Below are positions 1 to 10,869 of a stretch of 64,000 nucleotides of DNA, in pieces; positions within the stretch are counted from its first letter, which is position 1; every line of letters begins with the position of its first letter. This DNA is from Chitinophaga pinensis. Lineage in GTDB: Bacteria > Bacteroidota > Bacteroidia > NS11-12g > UBA955. The position numbers and the translations under genes were made by a program. The notes under the pieces are model-generated. The model saw nothing but the letters and a program-made list of their open reading frames with translations. It had not been told where the DNA came from and searched no databases. Where the stretch lies: the NCBI GenBank assembly GCA_945888525.1, contig CAMDAF010000007.1:17127-81126 (forward strand). Direction: 5' to 3'.

Positions 1-332
1 TTAAATCGGTCGAATGAAACAGGCTTCAATAAATAGTCCAAAGCGTCTAGAGTAAATGCATCAACAGCATACTCGGCGTAAGCAGTTGTAAAGACCACAA
101 GTATACCGCTGTTTTGAAGTGATTTCATAAAATCAATTCCACTGATTTCCGGCATGTGAATGTCACAGAATATTAAATCTGGTTTTTCGTTTTGGATGGC
201 CTCAGAAGCCTCAATAGCGTTTGAACATTTAGCGATTAGTTTTAAGTTATCGCATTTTTTAATGTGTGCTTCCATTACCTCTAGCGCCAATGGCTCATCG
301 TCGATAGCCATACATTTTAGAATTTTGCTCAT
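1..332 (-). CDS. Response regulator, N-terminal receiver domain (probably LytTR family; truncated by window edge)
   Basis: Not in ORF track. Manual translation from ATG at 332: MSKILKCMAIDDEPLALEV...LIFCDIHMP...VFTTAY...DYLLKP. ATGA overlap with the stop of the upstream LytS-type kinase. Confidence 0.9.
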   Translation of the reverse strand, partial: MSKILKCMAIDDEPLALEVMEAHIKKCDNLKLIAKCSNAIEASEAIQNEKPDLIFCDIHMPEISGIDFMKSLQNSGILVVFTTAYAEYAVDAFTLDALDYLLKPVSFDRF

Positions 333-1393
333 GCTGTCTGTAAAATTAGGGTGACTGAATAGTTTTCTTTATTGTCAACAATGTTAAGTTCGTGTTTTCC
401 AGGATACAAAATATTCAGACGGGTTTGCACATTTTTCAGACCAATTCCTCCAACTTTGTCCTTGTCCAAATTGTTTAATGCGCCTGGTTTGTTGTTTGAA
501 ATATTAAAAATCAATTGATGGTTTTGTGAATCTATCAAATAATTAATATGGATGTATGACTTTCCTAAAGATGGATTGGCTCCATGCTTAAAAGCGTTTT
601 CAATAAAATTAATGAATAGAAATGGTTCTATCATTTTACCAAAAGTACTGCCTTCAACGTCCAATTTTATATCGGTTCTTTCGCCTAAACGCAATTTTTC
701 CAACTCGATGTAATCGCGAACAAATTGAATATCATCCTCAATAGGCACTTTTTGCTTCTGACTTTCATACAATCCAAAACGCAATATATTTGATAATTTC
801 AATACCGCATCCGGTGCCAATTCTGAATTTTTTAGCGTCAACGCATACAAATTATTTAAGTTGTTAAACAAGAAATGAGGATTGATTTGTGACTTTAGAA
901 AACGAAGTTCACTTTCAATATTTAACTTCTGCAATTCTTTGTTGGTCTGTTCTTTTAAAAACCAATTTCTAAACAATTTAATGGAAGCCGTTAACAATAC
1001 AGTAAAAAGTATCGTTAAGAAATTATAGATAAAAAACTGCAAGGTCCAAATATTGGCTATACTCTCTTCGGTTAATGGCACATATAAATAAGAAGCAATA
1101 GCCAAAGGAAAACAAACCAAAAGTATAGATAAAAATACGCTCAGAAAGTATGCAACATATTTTCGTCTAAACAAGAACCATTCAATCAAAAAGTAATTGT
1201 TAAAATAACTAACCAAAATATGGAAGAAAATAAACACCCAAGCACTCACTAAGGCCTGTCTCCAGGAAACATCTGAGCCTATTAAAAAAGACCAGAACCC
1301 TATGTAAATAAACCAAAATATAAAATGGTGTATTTTATAATGGTTAAAGCCCTTTATAGCGTCTGAAAAAAACCGATTAATAGCAGGTTTCAT
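329..1393 (-). CDS. LytS-family sensor histidine kinase
   Basis: N-terminal TM helices, LKSQINPHFLFNNLNN H-box, IENAFKHG, GIGLKNV G-box. Confidence 0.93.
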   Translation of the reverse strand: MKPAINRFFSDAIKGFNHYKIHHFIFWFIYIGFWSFLIGSDVSWRQALVSAWVFIFFHILVSYFNNYFLIEWFLFRRKYVAYFLSVFLSILLVCFPLAIASYLYVPLTEESIANIWTLQFFIYNFLTILFTVLLTASIKLFRNWFLKEQTNKELQKLNIESELRFLKSQINPHFLFNNLNNLYALTLKNSELAPDAVLKLSNILRFGLYESQKQKVPIEDDIQFVRDYIELEKLRLGERTDIKLDVEGSTFGKMIEPFLFINFIENAFKHGANPSLGKSYIHINYLIDSQNHQLIFNISNNKPGALNNLDKDKVGGIGLKNVQTRLNILYPGKHELNIVDNKENYSVTLILQTA

Positions 1394-1614
1394 TATGGAT
1401 TTCTAAAAAAACGAAGTATTTCTTTTGCCCAATCAAATACCTTAGATCCACTTCCAAGCATGCTACTTTCAACCATAACCTCCTCAGTTTCGTTTGGCGT
1501 AATCTTCGAAAAGTAATCATTGGCGATACGGTACGAAATTACATTAAAAAGCAGCAATACCGCTACCAATATCCATGGAAACCACTTTTTATGTGACCAA
1601 TCAGAAAATCGCAT
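1393..1614 (-). CDS. Small single-TM hypothetical protein (73 aa)
   Basis: One hydrophobic helix and an amphipathic C-terminus. TAATG stop/start overlap with the kinase gene; it fills the gap in an operon. Confidence 0.7.
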   Translation of the reverse strand: MRFSDWSHKKWFPWILVAVLLLFNVISYRIANDYFSKITPNETEEVMVESSMLGSGSKVFDWAKEILRFFRNP

Positions 1615-1633
1615 TTTATTCCACGAAAGTAAA

Positions 1634-3472
1634 TTATTTTTTCAAAAAATCGTCAATTAAGACCTGTTGAAAAACCCTGCCCTGATTTTTAATTTTAACT
1701 GCCTCAGTTTTCAATCCCTTAAAATCAGTTGACAAACCATTGTTATCGTATATAAATTCAGAATAATTGCTTACCCTGCCAAATCCATTGTTATAATGGT
1801 ATTGGGCAAATCCATTCGAATCTAAAACACCTGTTTGCCATTGAAAATCAGCATAAGGCAAGTGCATAGTCTGCAAAATGAGTGATGGAATTATAGTTTG
1901 CGAAACCACATTCTGGATTTTTCTTCCCTTGAGTTCGTCTTTTAAAGCACCGCCCAAAACCAACATAGGAATTTGAAACTTTTCTTTGTCGAAGCCATAT
2001 ACTTCTTGCACGCCAATGTTATGACCATGGTCTGCCACAACCACTATAATTGTGTTTTTATACCACGCTTGCTTTTTGCAATTGGCAATAAAATCACCTA
2101 AACTTTTATCCGCATAACGAATTGAATTCTTCAAATCATACCACTCATCCTTTTTTAAATCTTTCGATTCAAGAGGCACATCAAATGGCTCATGGCTGCT
2201 TAAACTTAATACCAAAGTATAGAATGGCGCTTGGGTGGAATTAATTGATGACAATGCTTTGTTATAAAGTTCGGCATCATGAGCCCCCCATTTACTGTTT
2301 AGAGAGGCCAAATCAAAATCCTCTTTGTCAATTACCTTATCAAATCCTTGCATCAAAAAATAAGATTTCATTGAGGCAAATTCAGCATCCCCACCATAGA
2401 CAAAAGTATTGTGATAACCTTCATGTTTTAATACTTTACCTAAGCCGGGCAGTTTGGCAACTTTATCGGGGAAGACAATCAAAGAAGAAACAGGTTGGGC
2501 TGGATACCCGCTATTAATAGCCAACAAGCCTTTCTCCGTTCGGTCGCCGCTGGCATAGCATTTCATGAAACTCAAATTCTGCGCTGACAATTGATCCAAA
2601 TTAGGGGTACAATTATTTGCACCACTGTAATATTGACTTGCAAATGCAGTGAAACTTTCCAAAACAACCACCAATACATTTGGAGTGGCCTGATTGCTTA
2701 GTTCGAATGCGTCTTGAGGGCTTTTTATTTGAAGATCAAAAAGCTTTTTCGCCTCCGCAGATTCCAAAACCTTATAGTCATCTCCATACAAAGTTCTTGT
2801 ATCGTTAAACAAATAATACAATACATTCCAAAAACTGTTTATAGCTGTCGCATTGTAAATTTGTTTTGGAGAATATATAGCACTGGCTTGACTAATTGTT
2901 GCCACACCAACACCCCCTCTTAAAAAAAGAAAATTGACGCCCATCCAAACAAAGACAGTGCTTCCATGTTGCCACGAATAGTCAATCTTTTTTTCTAATA
3001 CCTCAAACAACTTCCTCAGTAAAAAATAGAATGTTGGTAATAAAAACAAAATAAACAAAAACGTCTTCAACCAGTTAGCAGATCCTGCAGACAATGCCAT
3101 TTCTTTTGGGTGACTGATATAAACCAATACCTGGTTGTTAAATTTATTTCCCCATTGTGCATACAATTCGGGATCTGAAATGCCGATAGCAAAGATCAAA
3201 CTGAACTCAAACAACATGAGGGTTCTTAAAATCCATTTATTGCTCTTTTTTCTGAAAATATGTTCTAAGAAAAACACCAAGAAAACTGGGGCTAAGCAAT
3301 AAGCCGACGCAGACAAATCCAACCTAAAACCTTTGAAAGCTGTTTGTAAAAAAACCATTAAAGGCGATTCTGAATACAAGCTGTAATGGTAAAAAATGAA
3401 GTATAATCGAATGGCTTCAAATGCAGCCAAAAACAACAGATACAGTTTTAGAAATTGGATTAAACGTTTCAA
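1634..3472 (-). CDS. LTA synthase family / sulfatase-like membrane protein
   Basis: Five N-terminal TM segments, NVLVVVLESF, catalytic Thr in GDRTEKG, SSHEPF, VADHGH. Confidence 0.9.
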   Translation of the reverse strand: MKRLIQFLKLYLLFLAAFEAIRLYFIFYHYSLYSESPLMVFLQTAFKGFRLDLSASAYCLAPVFLVFFLEHIFRKKSNKWILRTLMLFEFSLIFAIGISDPELYAQWGNKFNNQVLVYISHPKEMALSAGSANWLKTFLFILFLLPTFYFLLRKLFEVLEKKIDYSWQHGSTVFVWMGVNFLFLRGGVGVATISQASAIYSPKQIYNATAINSFWNVLYYLFNDTRTLYGDDYKVLESAEAKKLFDLQIKSPQDAFELSNQATPNVLVVVLESFTAFASQYYSGANNCTPNLDQLSAQNLSFMKCYASGDRTEKGLLAINSGYPAQPVSSLIVFPDKVAKLPGLGKVLKHEGYHNTFVYGGDAEFASMKSYFLMQGFDKVIDKEDFDLASLNSKWGAHDAELYNKALSSINSTQAPFYTLVLSLSSHEPFDVPLESKDLKKDEWYDLKNSIRYADKSLGDFIANCKKQAWYKNTIIVVVADHGHNIGVQEVYGFDKEKFQIPMLVLGGALKDELKGRKIQNVVSQTIIPSLILQTMHLPYADFQWQTGVLDSNGFAQYHYNNGFGRVSNYSEFIYDNNGLSTDFKGLKTEAVKIKNQGRVFQQVLIDDFLKK

Positions 3473-3536
3473 AAAGACTTGATTTTAAACAGACAAAATT
3501 AAGCTAATAATTTGTTTCCATATAGAATTAAACCAT

Positions 3537-4400
3537 TTATGCCATTATTTCATCGAGATCTTGTTTAATCACTTCTGAAATTTGATCGGTGGGTAAATCG
3601 TTGTCATCGTAGCCAAATGGATCCTCAATTTCTTCGGCAATTAATTCAATACTCGCAAAAATGTAAAACAACATCGACACGATGAAGATTGACCAATAAC
3701 CAAACTCCATAGCAAAACCGAACGGCATCGACGCAATGTAAATAAAAAGTATCTTTTTAAGAAAGATGCTATAAGAATATGGAATTGGGGTCTTTTTAAT
3801 CCGTTCACAAACCCCCAGATTATCAGAAAACGACTGAATCTCAGAATTTATCATTAGCATTTGGGTTGAACTTATTTGTCCGCTTTCTAAATACCCATTC
3901 AATTCATAAACCAATTTCTTCATCAAATAATTGGGCACATGTTTGGCTTCTAAAATTTCATCTACGGAATATTTATCCGAGGCGATTAAATCATTTTTAG
4001 TTACCCCCGAACGCAAATGCGACTTGCTGCTGCTGATAAAATTCTGTATCAAAATCTTCAATCTTTTCTTGTCATCAGCATCTTTAATGATCGCACTTAG
4101 TTTAATGGCCAAATTTCTAGAACTGTTTACAAATCCGCCCCAGGCTTTTCGACCTTCCCACCATCTATCATAGGCCGTATTGGTTCGAAAAACCAAAAGC
4201 ATGGAAAGCACAAAACCAACCATTGCGTGGATTGTTGTTGTGTTGTTAAATTGGGCATGTATAAGTTCTCTTTCTGTATAAACAATTGCAAAGGTATAAA
4301 CAGCAATTCCAACTATACCTGGCAACATAATTCGGAATGTATCACTTTTTGGGAAGCTTAAAATTAACTTCCACCAATCTTTTGGATTATATATTACCAT
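3537..4400 (-). CDS. Bestrophin family ion channel
   Basis: LLVFRTNTAYDRWWEGRKAWG and EEIEDPFGYDDNDLP motifs. Confidence 0.93.
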   Translation of the reverse strand: MVIYNPKDWWKLILSFPKSDTFRIMLPGIVGIAVYTFAIVYTERELIHAQFNNTTTIHAMVGFVLSMLLVFRTNTAYDRWWEGRKAWGGFVNSSRNLAIKLSAIIKDADDKKRLKILIQNFISSSKSHLRSGVTKNDLIASDKYSVDEILEAKHVPNYLMKKLVYELNGYLESGQISSTQMLMINSEIQSFSDNLGVCERIKKTPIPYSYSIFLKKILFIYIASMPFGFAMEFGYWSIFIVSMLFYIFASIELIAEEIEDPFGYDDNDLPTDQISEVIKQDLDEIMA

Positions 4401-4489
4401 ACAAATGCAAAAATGCTAAGATTAATTTAGAAAACCAAAGTTCTTATGGTAAGTAAACCACGATTTTTAGACTACCTTTGCACGATAAA

Positions 4490-6349
4490 ATGAATCTGAT
4501 ATCAGCGGCGAATATTTCTAAAGCGTATACCGAAAGATGGTTGTTTAAAGAAATTAGTTTTGGCTTAGCCAAAGGCGAAAAACTTGCTTTAGTAGGAAGC
4601 AATGGAACAGGAAAATCTACCCTTCTTAAAGTCATCTGTGGTCAAATACTCCCAGATGGGGGCGAAGTTGGAAAAACCAAAGGTTTAATCTTTGGCTACC
4701 TTCCACAGGAGCCCGAACTTGATCCGAATAAAATCATTGAAGAAAGCCTTTTCAGCGACAGCAACCCAGTTCTTAATTTGGTTAAAGAATACGAAAAAGC
4801 CATCGTTGACATGGACTACCCTGCCGATAAAATGCAACACATTTTAGAAGAAATGGAACGTTTCAATGCTTGGGATTTTGAACAAAAAGCGGCTCAAATT
4901 TTAGGCAAGCTAGGTATCCATAACTTAAAACAAAGAAACGATAGCCTTAGTGGTGGACAGAAAAAAAGAGTTGCCCTTGCACAATTGCTTATTCAACAAC
5001 CCGATGTATTGATTTTAGACGAACCTACCAACCATTTGGATTTGCAAGCAATTGAATGGCTAGAAAATTTGTTAAATGCCCATAATATTTCTCTAATTAT
5101 GGTAACGCACGATCGATACTTTCTTGACAATGTGGCCACCCATATTTTAGAATTAGAACGCGGTAAATTATACATTCACAATGGTAATTATGCTTACTAT
5201 CTGGAAAAGAAGAGCCAAAGAGAAGCCGTTTTTGCTACGGAGGTGGCTAGAGCGCGCAACTTAATGAGCAAAGAATTGGAATGGATGCGACGTATGCCGA
5301 GAGCAAGGGGAACAAAATCTAAAAGCAGAATTGAGGCTTTCTATGAATTAAAAGACAAAGCAAGTGTTGACCTCTCAAAAAAAGAAATCGAAATTTCTGT
5401 GCGCACCAGCCGTTTGGGCAATAAAATTATTGAAGCTGAACATGTATCCATGAATTTTGGCAGCAATTGCTTGGTGAATGATTTCTCATACTTGTTTAAG
5501 AAGAATGACCGCATTGGCGTTGTTGGGAAAAATGGTGTTGGAAAATCAACACTATTGGATTTGCTCACTGGCGAACTAAAACCTACAGGTGGAGAAGTTA
5601 TTCACGGACCAACTTTAAAAATTGGATATTATACCCAACACAGCAATGATCTAAACGATGACAATAGAATTATTGAAGAAGTAAAACAAATTGCAGAATA
5701 TGTTACCCTCGGGAATGGAGAACAAGTAAGTGTTTCAAAACTTTTGGATATGTTTTTGTTTCCACCCTCTATGCAGCACACCCCGGTGGCAAAACTTAGC
5801 GGAGGTGAACGCAGAAGATTGCAACTTTTAAAAGTATTGGTAGGCAACCCAAATTTTCTTATTCTCGATGAGCCAACCAACGACTTAGACATTGATACGC
5901 TCAATATTTTGGAAGACTTCTTGGTAGGATTTGATGGTTGCTTGCTTCTGGTATCGCACGACAGATACTTTATGGACAAATTGGTTGAACACTTATTTGT
6001 ATTCCAAGAGAACGGCAATATCCTCGACTATTATGGCAACTATACTGATTATAGAGAAGAAGCCGATCAAATTCTTGCAACACCTGAAATTGCACCGAAA
6101 GCTACCGAGATAAAAACAACAGAAATACCAGCCCCAAAAAAGAAATTAAGCTTTAAAGAACAAAAAGAACTCGAAACAATTGAAAAAGAAATTGAGTCCT
6201 TTGAAGCGCGCAAGACAGAACTAAACGCTTTAATGTTGAGTGGAACAACCGACCATGTGGTTTTAACCCAATGGGCTGATGAAATTTCAGATTTAGACAA
6301 ACTGATTAGCCGCAAAAGTGACCGTTGGCTTGAGTTATCTGAAGTCTAA
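4490..6349 (+). CDS. ABC-F family ATPase (Uup-like)
   Basis: Two NBDs (GSNGTGKST, GKNGVGKST; LSGG; LDEPTN), no TM, C-terminal coiled coil. ATG 4490 follows a TACCTTTG -7 element. Confidence 0.93.
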   Translation: MNLISAANISKAYTERWLFKEISFGLAKGEKLALVGSNGTGKSTLLKVICGQILPDGGEVGKTKGLIFGYLPQEPELDPNKIIEESLFSDSNPVLNLVKEYEKAIVDMDYPADKMQHILEEMERFNAWDFEQKAAQILGKLGIHNLKQRNDSLSGGQKKRVALAQLLIQQPDVLILDEPTNHLDLQAIEWLENLLNAHNISLIMVTHDRYFLDNVATHILELERGKLYIHNGNYAYYLEKKSQREAVFATEVARARNLMSKELEWMRRMPRARGTKSKSRIEAFYELKDKASVDLSKKEIEISVRTSRLGNKIIEAEHVSMNFGSNCLVNDFSYLFKKNDRIGVVGKNGVGKSTLLDLLTGELKPTGGEVIHGPTLKIGYYTQHSNDLNDDNRIIEEVKQIAEYVTLGNGEQVSVSKLLDMFLFPPSMQHTPVAKLSGGERRRLQLLKVLVGNPNFLILDEPTNDLDIDTLNILEDFLVGFDGCLLLVSHDRYFMDKLVEHLFVFQENGNILDYYGNYTDYREEADQILATPEIAPKATEIKTTEIPAPKKKLSFKEQKELETIEKEIESFEARKTELNALMLSGTTDHVVLTQWADEISDLDKLISRKSDRWLELSEV

Positions 6350-6379
6350 AATATCAAGTCAATTCAATATATTTGTTGC

Positions 6380-7123
6380 ATGCAAATTTCAGTCATTATC
6401 ATTGCAAAGAATGAAGCAGAGAACCTAAAACGGTCTTTGTCGAAATTGCATTGGTGTGATGACATTGTACTTATAGATGATTGCAGCAGCGATCAAACAG
6501 TCGAAATAGCGACATCTTTCGGGGCGAAAGTTTTCCAAAGAGCATTCGACGGATTTGGGACCCAAAAGCAATATGCAGTTGCCCAAACACAGCATCCTTG
6601 GGTCCTTAATTTAGATGCCGACGAGGTAATGGAGGACACTCTCATACAAGAGATTCTCTCGTTAAAAGTAATTAAAGATGTCTCAGCCTATGAGCTGCCA
6701 ATTCAACATGTTTTTTTAGGAAAAGTGTTTAAGTATGGAAAGGAAAGCAATTATCCGCATTTGCGTTTATTCGATAAAACGAAAGGAAACTTTAATGATG
6801 CAGTGGTTCATGAAAAAGTAATTACATCAGGGGTAACCTTGCGTTTAAAAGGGAAAATTTTACATTACAGCTACAAAAACCTTGAACACTATTTTCAAAA
6901 GCTCAACAGCTACACACAAGCAGGTGCTCTAAAGCTCAAAGAAAAGGGCAAAACCCGATCATTGATTTTATGTATCGTTTCATTTCCCATTTATTTTGTA
7001 AAACATTATTTTTTTTACGGCAATATCCTGAACGGAAAAGAAGGTTTTATTTGGTCTTATCTCAATGCTTGGTATCATACGGTAAAGTATTTAAAACTAT
7101 ACGAATTGAATCATAAAAAATGA
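6380..7123 (+). CDS. Glycosyltransferase family 2 (WaaE/LgtF-like)
   Basis: ISVIIIAKNE, DDCSSDQT, LDADE, VHE motifs. Confidence 0.9.
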   Translation: MQISVIIIAKNEAENLKRSLSKLHWCDDIVLIDDCSSDQTVEIATSFGAKVFQRAFDGFGTQKQYAVAQTQHPWVLNLDADEVMEDTLIQEILSLKVIKDVSAYELPIQHVFLGKVFKYGKESNYPHLRLFDKTKGNFNDAVVHEKVITSGVTLRLKGKILHYSYKNLEHYFQKLNSYTQAGALKLKEKGKTRSLILCIVSFPIYFVKHYFFYGNILNGKEGFIWSYLNAWYHTVKYLKLYELNHKK

Positions 7124-7830
7124 ATACACTTCGTGTTTTAATGTACCATAAAGTTGATGAAAAAACCCGCAACTTTCTTTGTGTATCTAGTGCACAATTA
7201 AAAGAACAATTACTCTACATAAAATCAAAATATGTTCCCATTAAGCTAAGCGACTTACTAGGACACATTAAAAATGGAACCGCTCTTCCAGACAAGGCAA
7301 TTTTAATCACTTTCGATGATGGCTATGAAAACAACTTTACACTTGCCTACCCAATATTTAAAGAACTTGACATTCCTTTTACAATATTTACCGTCGGTAG
7401 TTTTATTGGAAAAAAGGCGTTTCATGATTCTGTTGAACAAGCCTTTTTAAGTGAAGAACAAATTTTAAATATGGTCAATTTAGTTGACTTTGCCCACCAT
7501 GGCTTAAAACATGATAATTTAATGGATTTAAGTTCTGAACAAAGAACACTCGAAATTATTGAATCGGTGAAGCAAATGAGCGTGTTTAAACACAAAACTT
7601 TAGCTGCTTGGGCTTACACTTTTGGGGCATACCCAAAACGAAATAAAACCGAATTTGACGCCCTAAAATTAGCCTTTCAAAATTCAGGGATTGTTTGCGC
7701 TTTTCGCATAGGGAACCGAATAAATAAATTGCCTCTAAAGGACCCATTTAAGATAGAAAGAATTGACATTCGCGGCGATGAATCATTCTTTAAATTTCGC
7801 CTAAAAGTAGGCTTTGGAAAAATCCTGTAA
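7120..7830 (+). CDS. Polysaccharide deacetylase (CE4/NodB)
   Basis: LMYH, ITFDDGY, HxxxH (HGLKH). ATGA overlap with GT2. Confidence 0.88.
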   Translation: MNTLRVLMYHKVDEKTRNFLCVSSAQLKEQLLYIKSKYVPIKLSDLLGHIKNGTALPDKAILITFDDGYENNFTLAYPIFKELDIPFTIFTVGSFIGKKAFHDSVEQAFLSEEQILNMVNLVDFAHHGLKHDNLMDLSSEQRTLEIIESVKQMSVFKHKTLAAWAYTFGAYPKRNKTEFDALKLAFQNSGIVCAFRIGNRINKLPLKDPFKIERIDIRGDESFFKFRLKVGFGKIL

Positions 7831-7885
7831 ATAATTTAACTTTTCTTGCAGCATATTTCTAGATATCTTTGTCTAAGAGATAACA

Positions 7886-8452
7886 GTGCTTACAATGTTC
7901 TCCGAAAAACAGCTTATAGAGGGTTGCATCAAAGGCGACAGGTTATCGCAAGAGGCATTGTATAATCGCTTTTCAGGAAAAATGTTGGCTGTAAGCAAAC
8001 GGTATTTGAAAGACCTCGATTTGGCCGAAGATGCATTTCAAGAAGCATTTCTTAAGGTGTATACCCACCTTAAGAACTTCAGTTTTCAAAGCAGCTTAGA
8101 GACTTGGATGACCCGCATTTTTATCAACGAGTCCATCAATAAATTGCGCTCATTAAAACGTCTTGCGTTGCAGGTAAGCATAGACGACCAAACAAGACAG
8201 TTCCCTGAAATTAATCAGGAAGCACCTGAAAAATTTGATTCAGAATTGGTAATGATTCTTTTAGAGAAATTACCAGAAAACTACAAAATCGTCCTGATGC
8301 TTTATACAATTGACGGTTTTAGCCATAAAGAAATATCAGAAAAACTAAACATGCCAGAAAGCACCTCTAGAAGCTCACTTACAAGAGCAAGAAGTATGTT
8401 ATGGCAACTGTATAACAAGGAAATAAAGAAACATGAGTCCAGAAGAATTTGA
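7886..8452 (+). CDS. ECF RNA polymerase sigma factor
   Basis: Region 2 (AEDAFQEAFLKV, SLETWMTRI) and region 4 (GFSHKEISEKLNMPESTSRS). Alternative start ATG 7895. Confidence 0.92.
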   Translation: MLTMFSEKQLIEGCIKGDRLSQEALYNRFSGKMLAVSKRYLKDLDLAEDAFQEAFLKVYTHLKNFSFQSSLETWMTRIFINESINKLRSLKRLALQVSIDDQTRQFPEINQEAPEKFDSELVMILLEKLPENYKIVLMLYTIDGFSHKEISEKLNMPESTSRSSLTRARSMLWQLYNKEIKKHESRRI

Positions 8453-9836
8453 CAACAGATTAAAATCAGCTTTTAAAGACGAGAATTTACCGCCTAGGGA
8501 AGGGTTATGGGCAAATATCTCATCCCAGCTTGAACCAAAGGCTAAAAACACCTTTTGGTACTGGCTATTGCCTACTATTACAGCTCTTACAATTGGTATT
8601 GTATGGATAGGAAATCAAAAGCCTACAACCCAAGAACGCGCAATTGAATCTGTTGTAGCAAGTGTTCCAAATAATGCAAGCAAAGCAGAAAGCATAGGCG
8701 ACAAAAACAACAAAGCAAAAACTCAAACGATTGAATTAGCAAATCATGAGTCAAACATCAATACTATTGAACAGCGCCGCGAAAAGAATGGCATCATAAA
8801 GGCTTCGGCAAGCAACAGAAGCAATAGGAAAATTAGTGAGTCTTTAAGCATAACTCCTGTGAACCAGCAAAATTCATTTAATGGAGACAACAACAATACA
8901 GAAATTGCACTTAGCAATTCTGCTACTATTATTGAAAATAATGATTTTGGGGAATTAGACATGCTGAACTTTATTAGATTTTCTTGGTTCCCAAATTTCT
9001 TCAAACCTTTTGCTCTGGAAGAAAGTTATAGTGTAGACCTTAAAGTTAAAAACCCGATTAAGGCCCTAATACCCAATTCAAACAAGCCACCAAAGACCAG
9101 TGATTTTACATCAAAGAGATGGTTCACTATAGGGCTTGGACCACAATTGGCCATAAACAGCATCAAAGTAAACCAAGACTCTCAAGCATGGGTGCACAAA
9201 CATCTATGGGATAACAAAGATAGACTTAGTAGCAATGGCAGCGGATTTCAAGCCTTCGCTCACTGTGCACTTAAATTCGGCAAAAACCAACGCTTCATTT
9301 TTGAAACTGGTTTAAACTACAGCCTACGCACTGAAGAAATAAAACTAAACGAAAGCAGTTACGACATTGCTGCGCGCGACAATACTGGCAGAATTAACCA
9401 ATATACTCAAATCCTCTTGAAAGTTATTTATGGCAACGACACAACATACTATTTAGCGGCTTCTAACTTTTCTTTAGCCGTTAACAACAAGTACCATATT
9501 TTAACTGTTCCTTTTAGATTAAGTACTGAACATAAAATCTCAGAATCTACCTTTATGTCCTATGGTTTAGGTGGCGGTTTCTCAATGATCAACAGCCACA
9601 ACACAGAGCATTTAAATATGATTTGGGGCAATAGTGTAAAAGAAAGCAATTCAACCCAGTATTCGGCTTCATTAAATGCCAATCTATCACTTTACACAAA
9701 CTTTAACGACATTGGTCAAATAGGTGTTTACACTGGTTTGCAAATGTATTTAAACCCTTGGAAAGTCAATTCAAACCAATATGCAGTGACTATGCGAGAC
9801 TTGCAAATGGGTATTACTTTCAGAAAACCTTTCTAA
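8433..9836 (+). CDS. ECF-associated protein: short N-terminal domain, TM, low-complexity linker, C-terminal beta-barrel-like domain
   Basis: Overlaps sigma gene. N-terminal FD..K.AF..E..PP..LW..I pattern, single TM, alternating beta strands ending in Phe. Confidence 0.7.
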   Translation: MSPEEFDNRLKSAFKDENLPPREGLWANISSQLEPKAKNTFWYWLLPTITALTIGIVWIGNQKPTTQERAIESVVASVPNNASKAESIGDKNNKAKTQTIELANHESNINTIEQRREKNGIIKASASNRSNRKISESLSITPVNQQNSFNGDNNNTEIALSNSATIIENNDFGELDMLNFIRFSWFPNFFKPFALEESYSVDLKVKNPIKALIPNSNKPPKTSDFTSKRWFTIGLGPQLAINSIKVNQDSQAWVHKHLWDNKDRLSSNGSGFQAFAHCALKFGKNQRFIFETGLNYSLRTEEIKLNESSYDIAARDNTGRINQYTQILLKVIYGNDTTYYLAASNFSLAVNNKYHILTVPFRLSTEHKISESTFMSYGLGGGFSMINSHNTEHLNMIWGNSVKESNSTQYSASLNANLSLYTNFNDIGQIGVYTGLQMYLNPWKVNSNQYAVTMRDLQMGITFRKPF

Positions 9837-9865
9837 AAAAAAGAGGATTTTAAAATCCTCTTTTT
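9835..9865. terminator. Bidirectional intrinsic terminator
   Basis: AAAAAGAGGATTT-T-AAAATCCTCTTTTT between convergent genes. Confidence 0.8.
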
Positions 9866-9875
9866 AAATTATCTT

Positions 9876-10868
9876 TTATTTGCTATTCAGTGAGAAGTCT
9901 CTTCCGTGAGGCTCTTCATACAAACGCTCTTTCGGCAATGACTGAAAATATTCATAGGTAATCTTCAAGCCTTCTTGGCGACTAACCTTTGGTTCCCAGC
10001 CCAAAATTTCTCTGGCCTTACTAATTTCAGGTTGTCTTTGTTTTGGATCATCCATTGGCAAATCTTTGTATATTACTTTTTGATTGGTACCTGTCAATTT
10101 AATAATCTCTTGGGCAAAATCATTGATGGTAATTTCATCTGGATTGCCAATATTTACTGGTGTTGCGCAATCGCTCAACAACAATCTATAAATACCCTCG
10201 ACCAAATCATCTACATAACAAAAAGACCTTGTTTGAGAACCGTCTCCAAAGGCCGTCAAATCTTGTCCTCTTAGCGCTTGACCTATAAATGCTGGCAATA
10301 CTCTACCGTCGTTTAAGCGCATTCTAGGGCCATAGGTATTGAATATCCTTATAATTCTTGTTTCTACACCATGGTAAGTATGGTAAGCCATAGTTATCGC
10401 TTCTTGAAAACGTTTAGCCTCATCGTAAACGCCTCTAGGACCAACTGGGTTTACATTGCCCCAATAGTCTTCTGTTTGAGGATGCACCATAGGATCACCA
10501 TAAACTTCACTGGTAGATGCAACTAAAATCCTTGCGTTTTTAGCTTTGGCCAAACCCAATAAATTATGCGTTCCCAAAGAACCAACTTTTAATGTTTGAA
10601 TTGGAATTTTTAAATAATCTATAGGACTTGCAGGTGATGCAAAATGCAAGATATAATCTAAGTTTCCAGGTACATGAACAAATTTTGAAACGTCATGGTG
10701 GTAAAATTCAAATTCTTTTAATTTAAATAAATGCTCAATGTTTCTAAGATCGCCTGTAATCAAATTGTCCATTGCCATTACATGGCAGCCTTCTTTAATG
10801 AAACGGTCGCAAAGGTGAGAACCTAAAAACCCTGCCGCTCCAGTTATTAATACTCTTTTCTGTGTCAT
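9876..10868 (-). CDS. uxs: UDP-glucuronic acid decarboxylase (UDP-xylose synthase)
   Basis: [28 protein letters not shown]. Confidence 0.92.
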   Translation of the reverse strand: MTQKRVLITGAAGFLGSHLCDRFIKEGCHVMAMDNLITGDLRNIEHLFKLKEFEFYHHDVSKFVHVPGNLDYILHFASPASPIDYLKIPIQTLKVGSLGTHNLLGLAKAKNARILVASTSEVYGDPMVHPQTEDYWGNVNPVGPRGVYDEAKRFQEAITMAYHTYHGVETRIIRIFNTYGPRMRLNDGRVLPAFIGQALRGQDLTAFGDGSQTRSFCYVDDLVEGIYRLLLSDCATPVNIGNPDEITINDFAQEIIKLTGTNQKVIYKDLPMDDPKQRQPEISKAREILGWEPKVSRQEGLKITYEYFQSLPKERLYEEPHGRDFSLNSK

Positions 10869-10869
10869 A

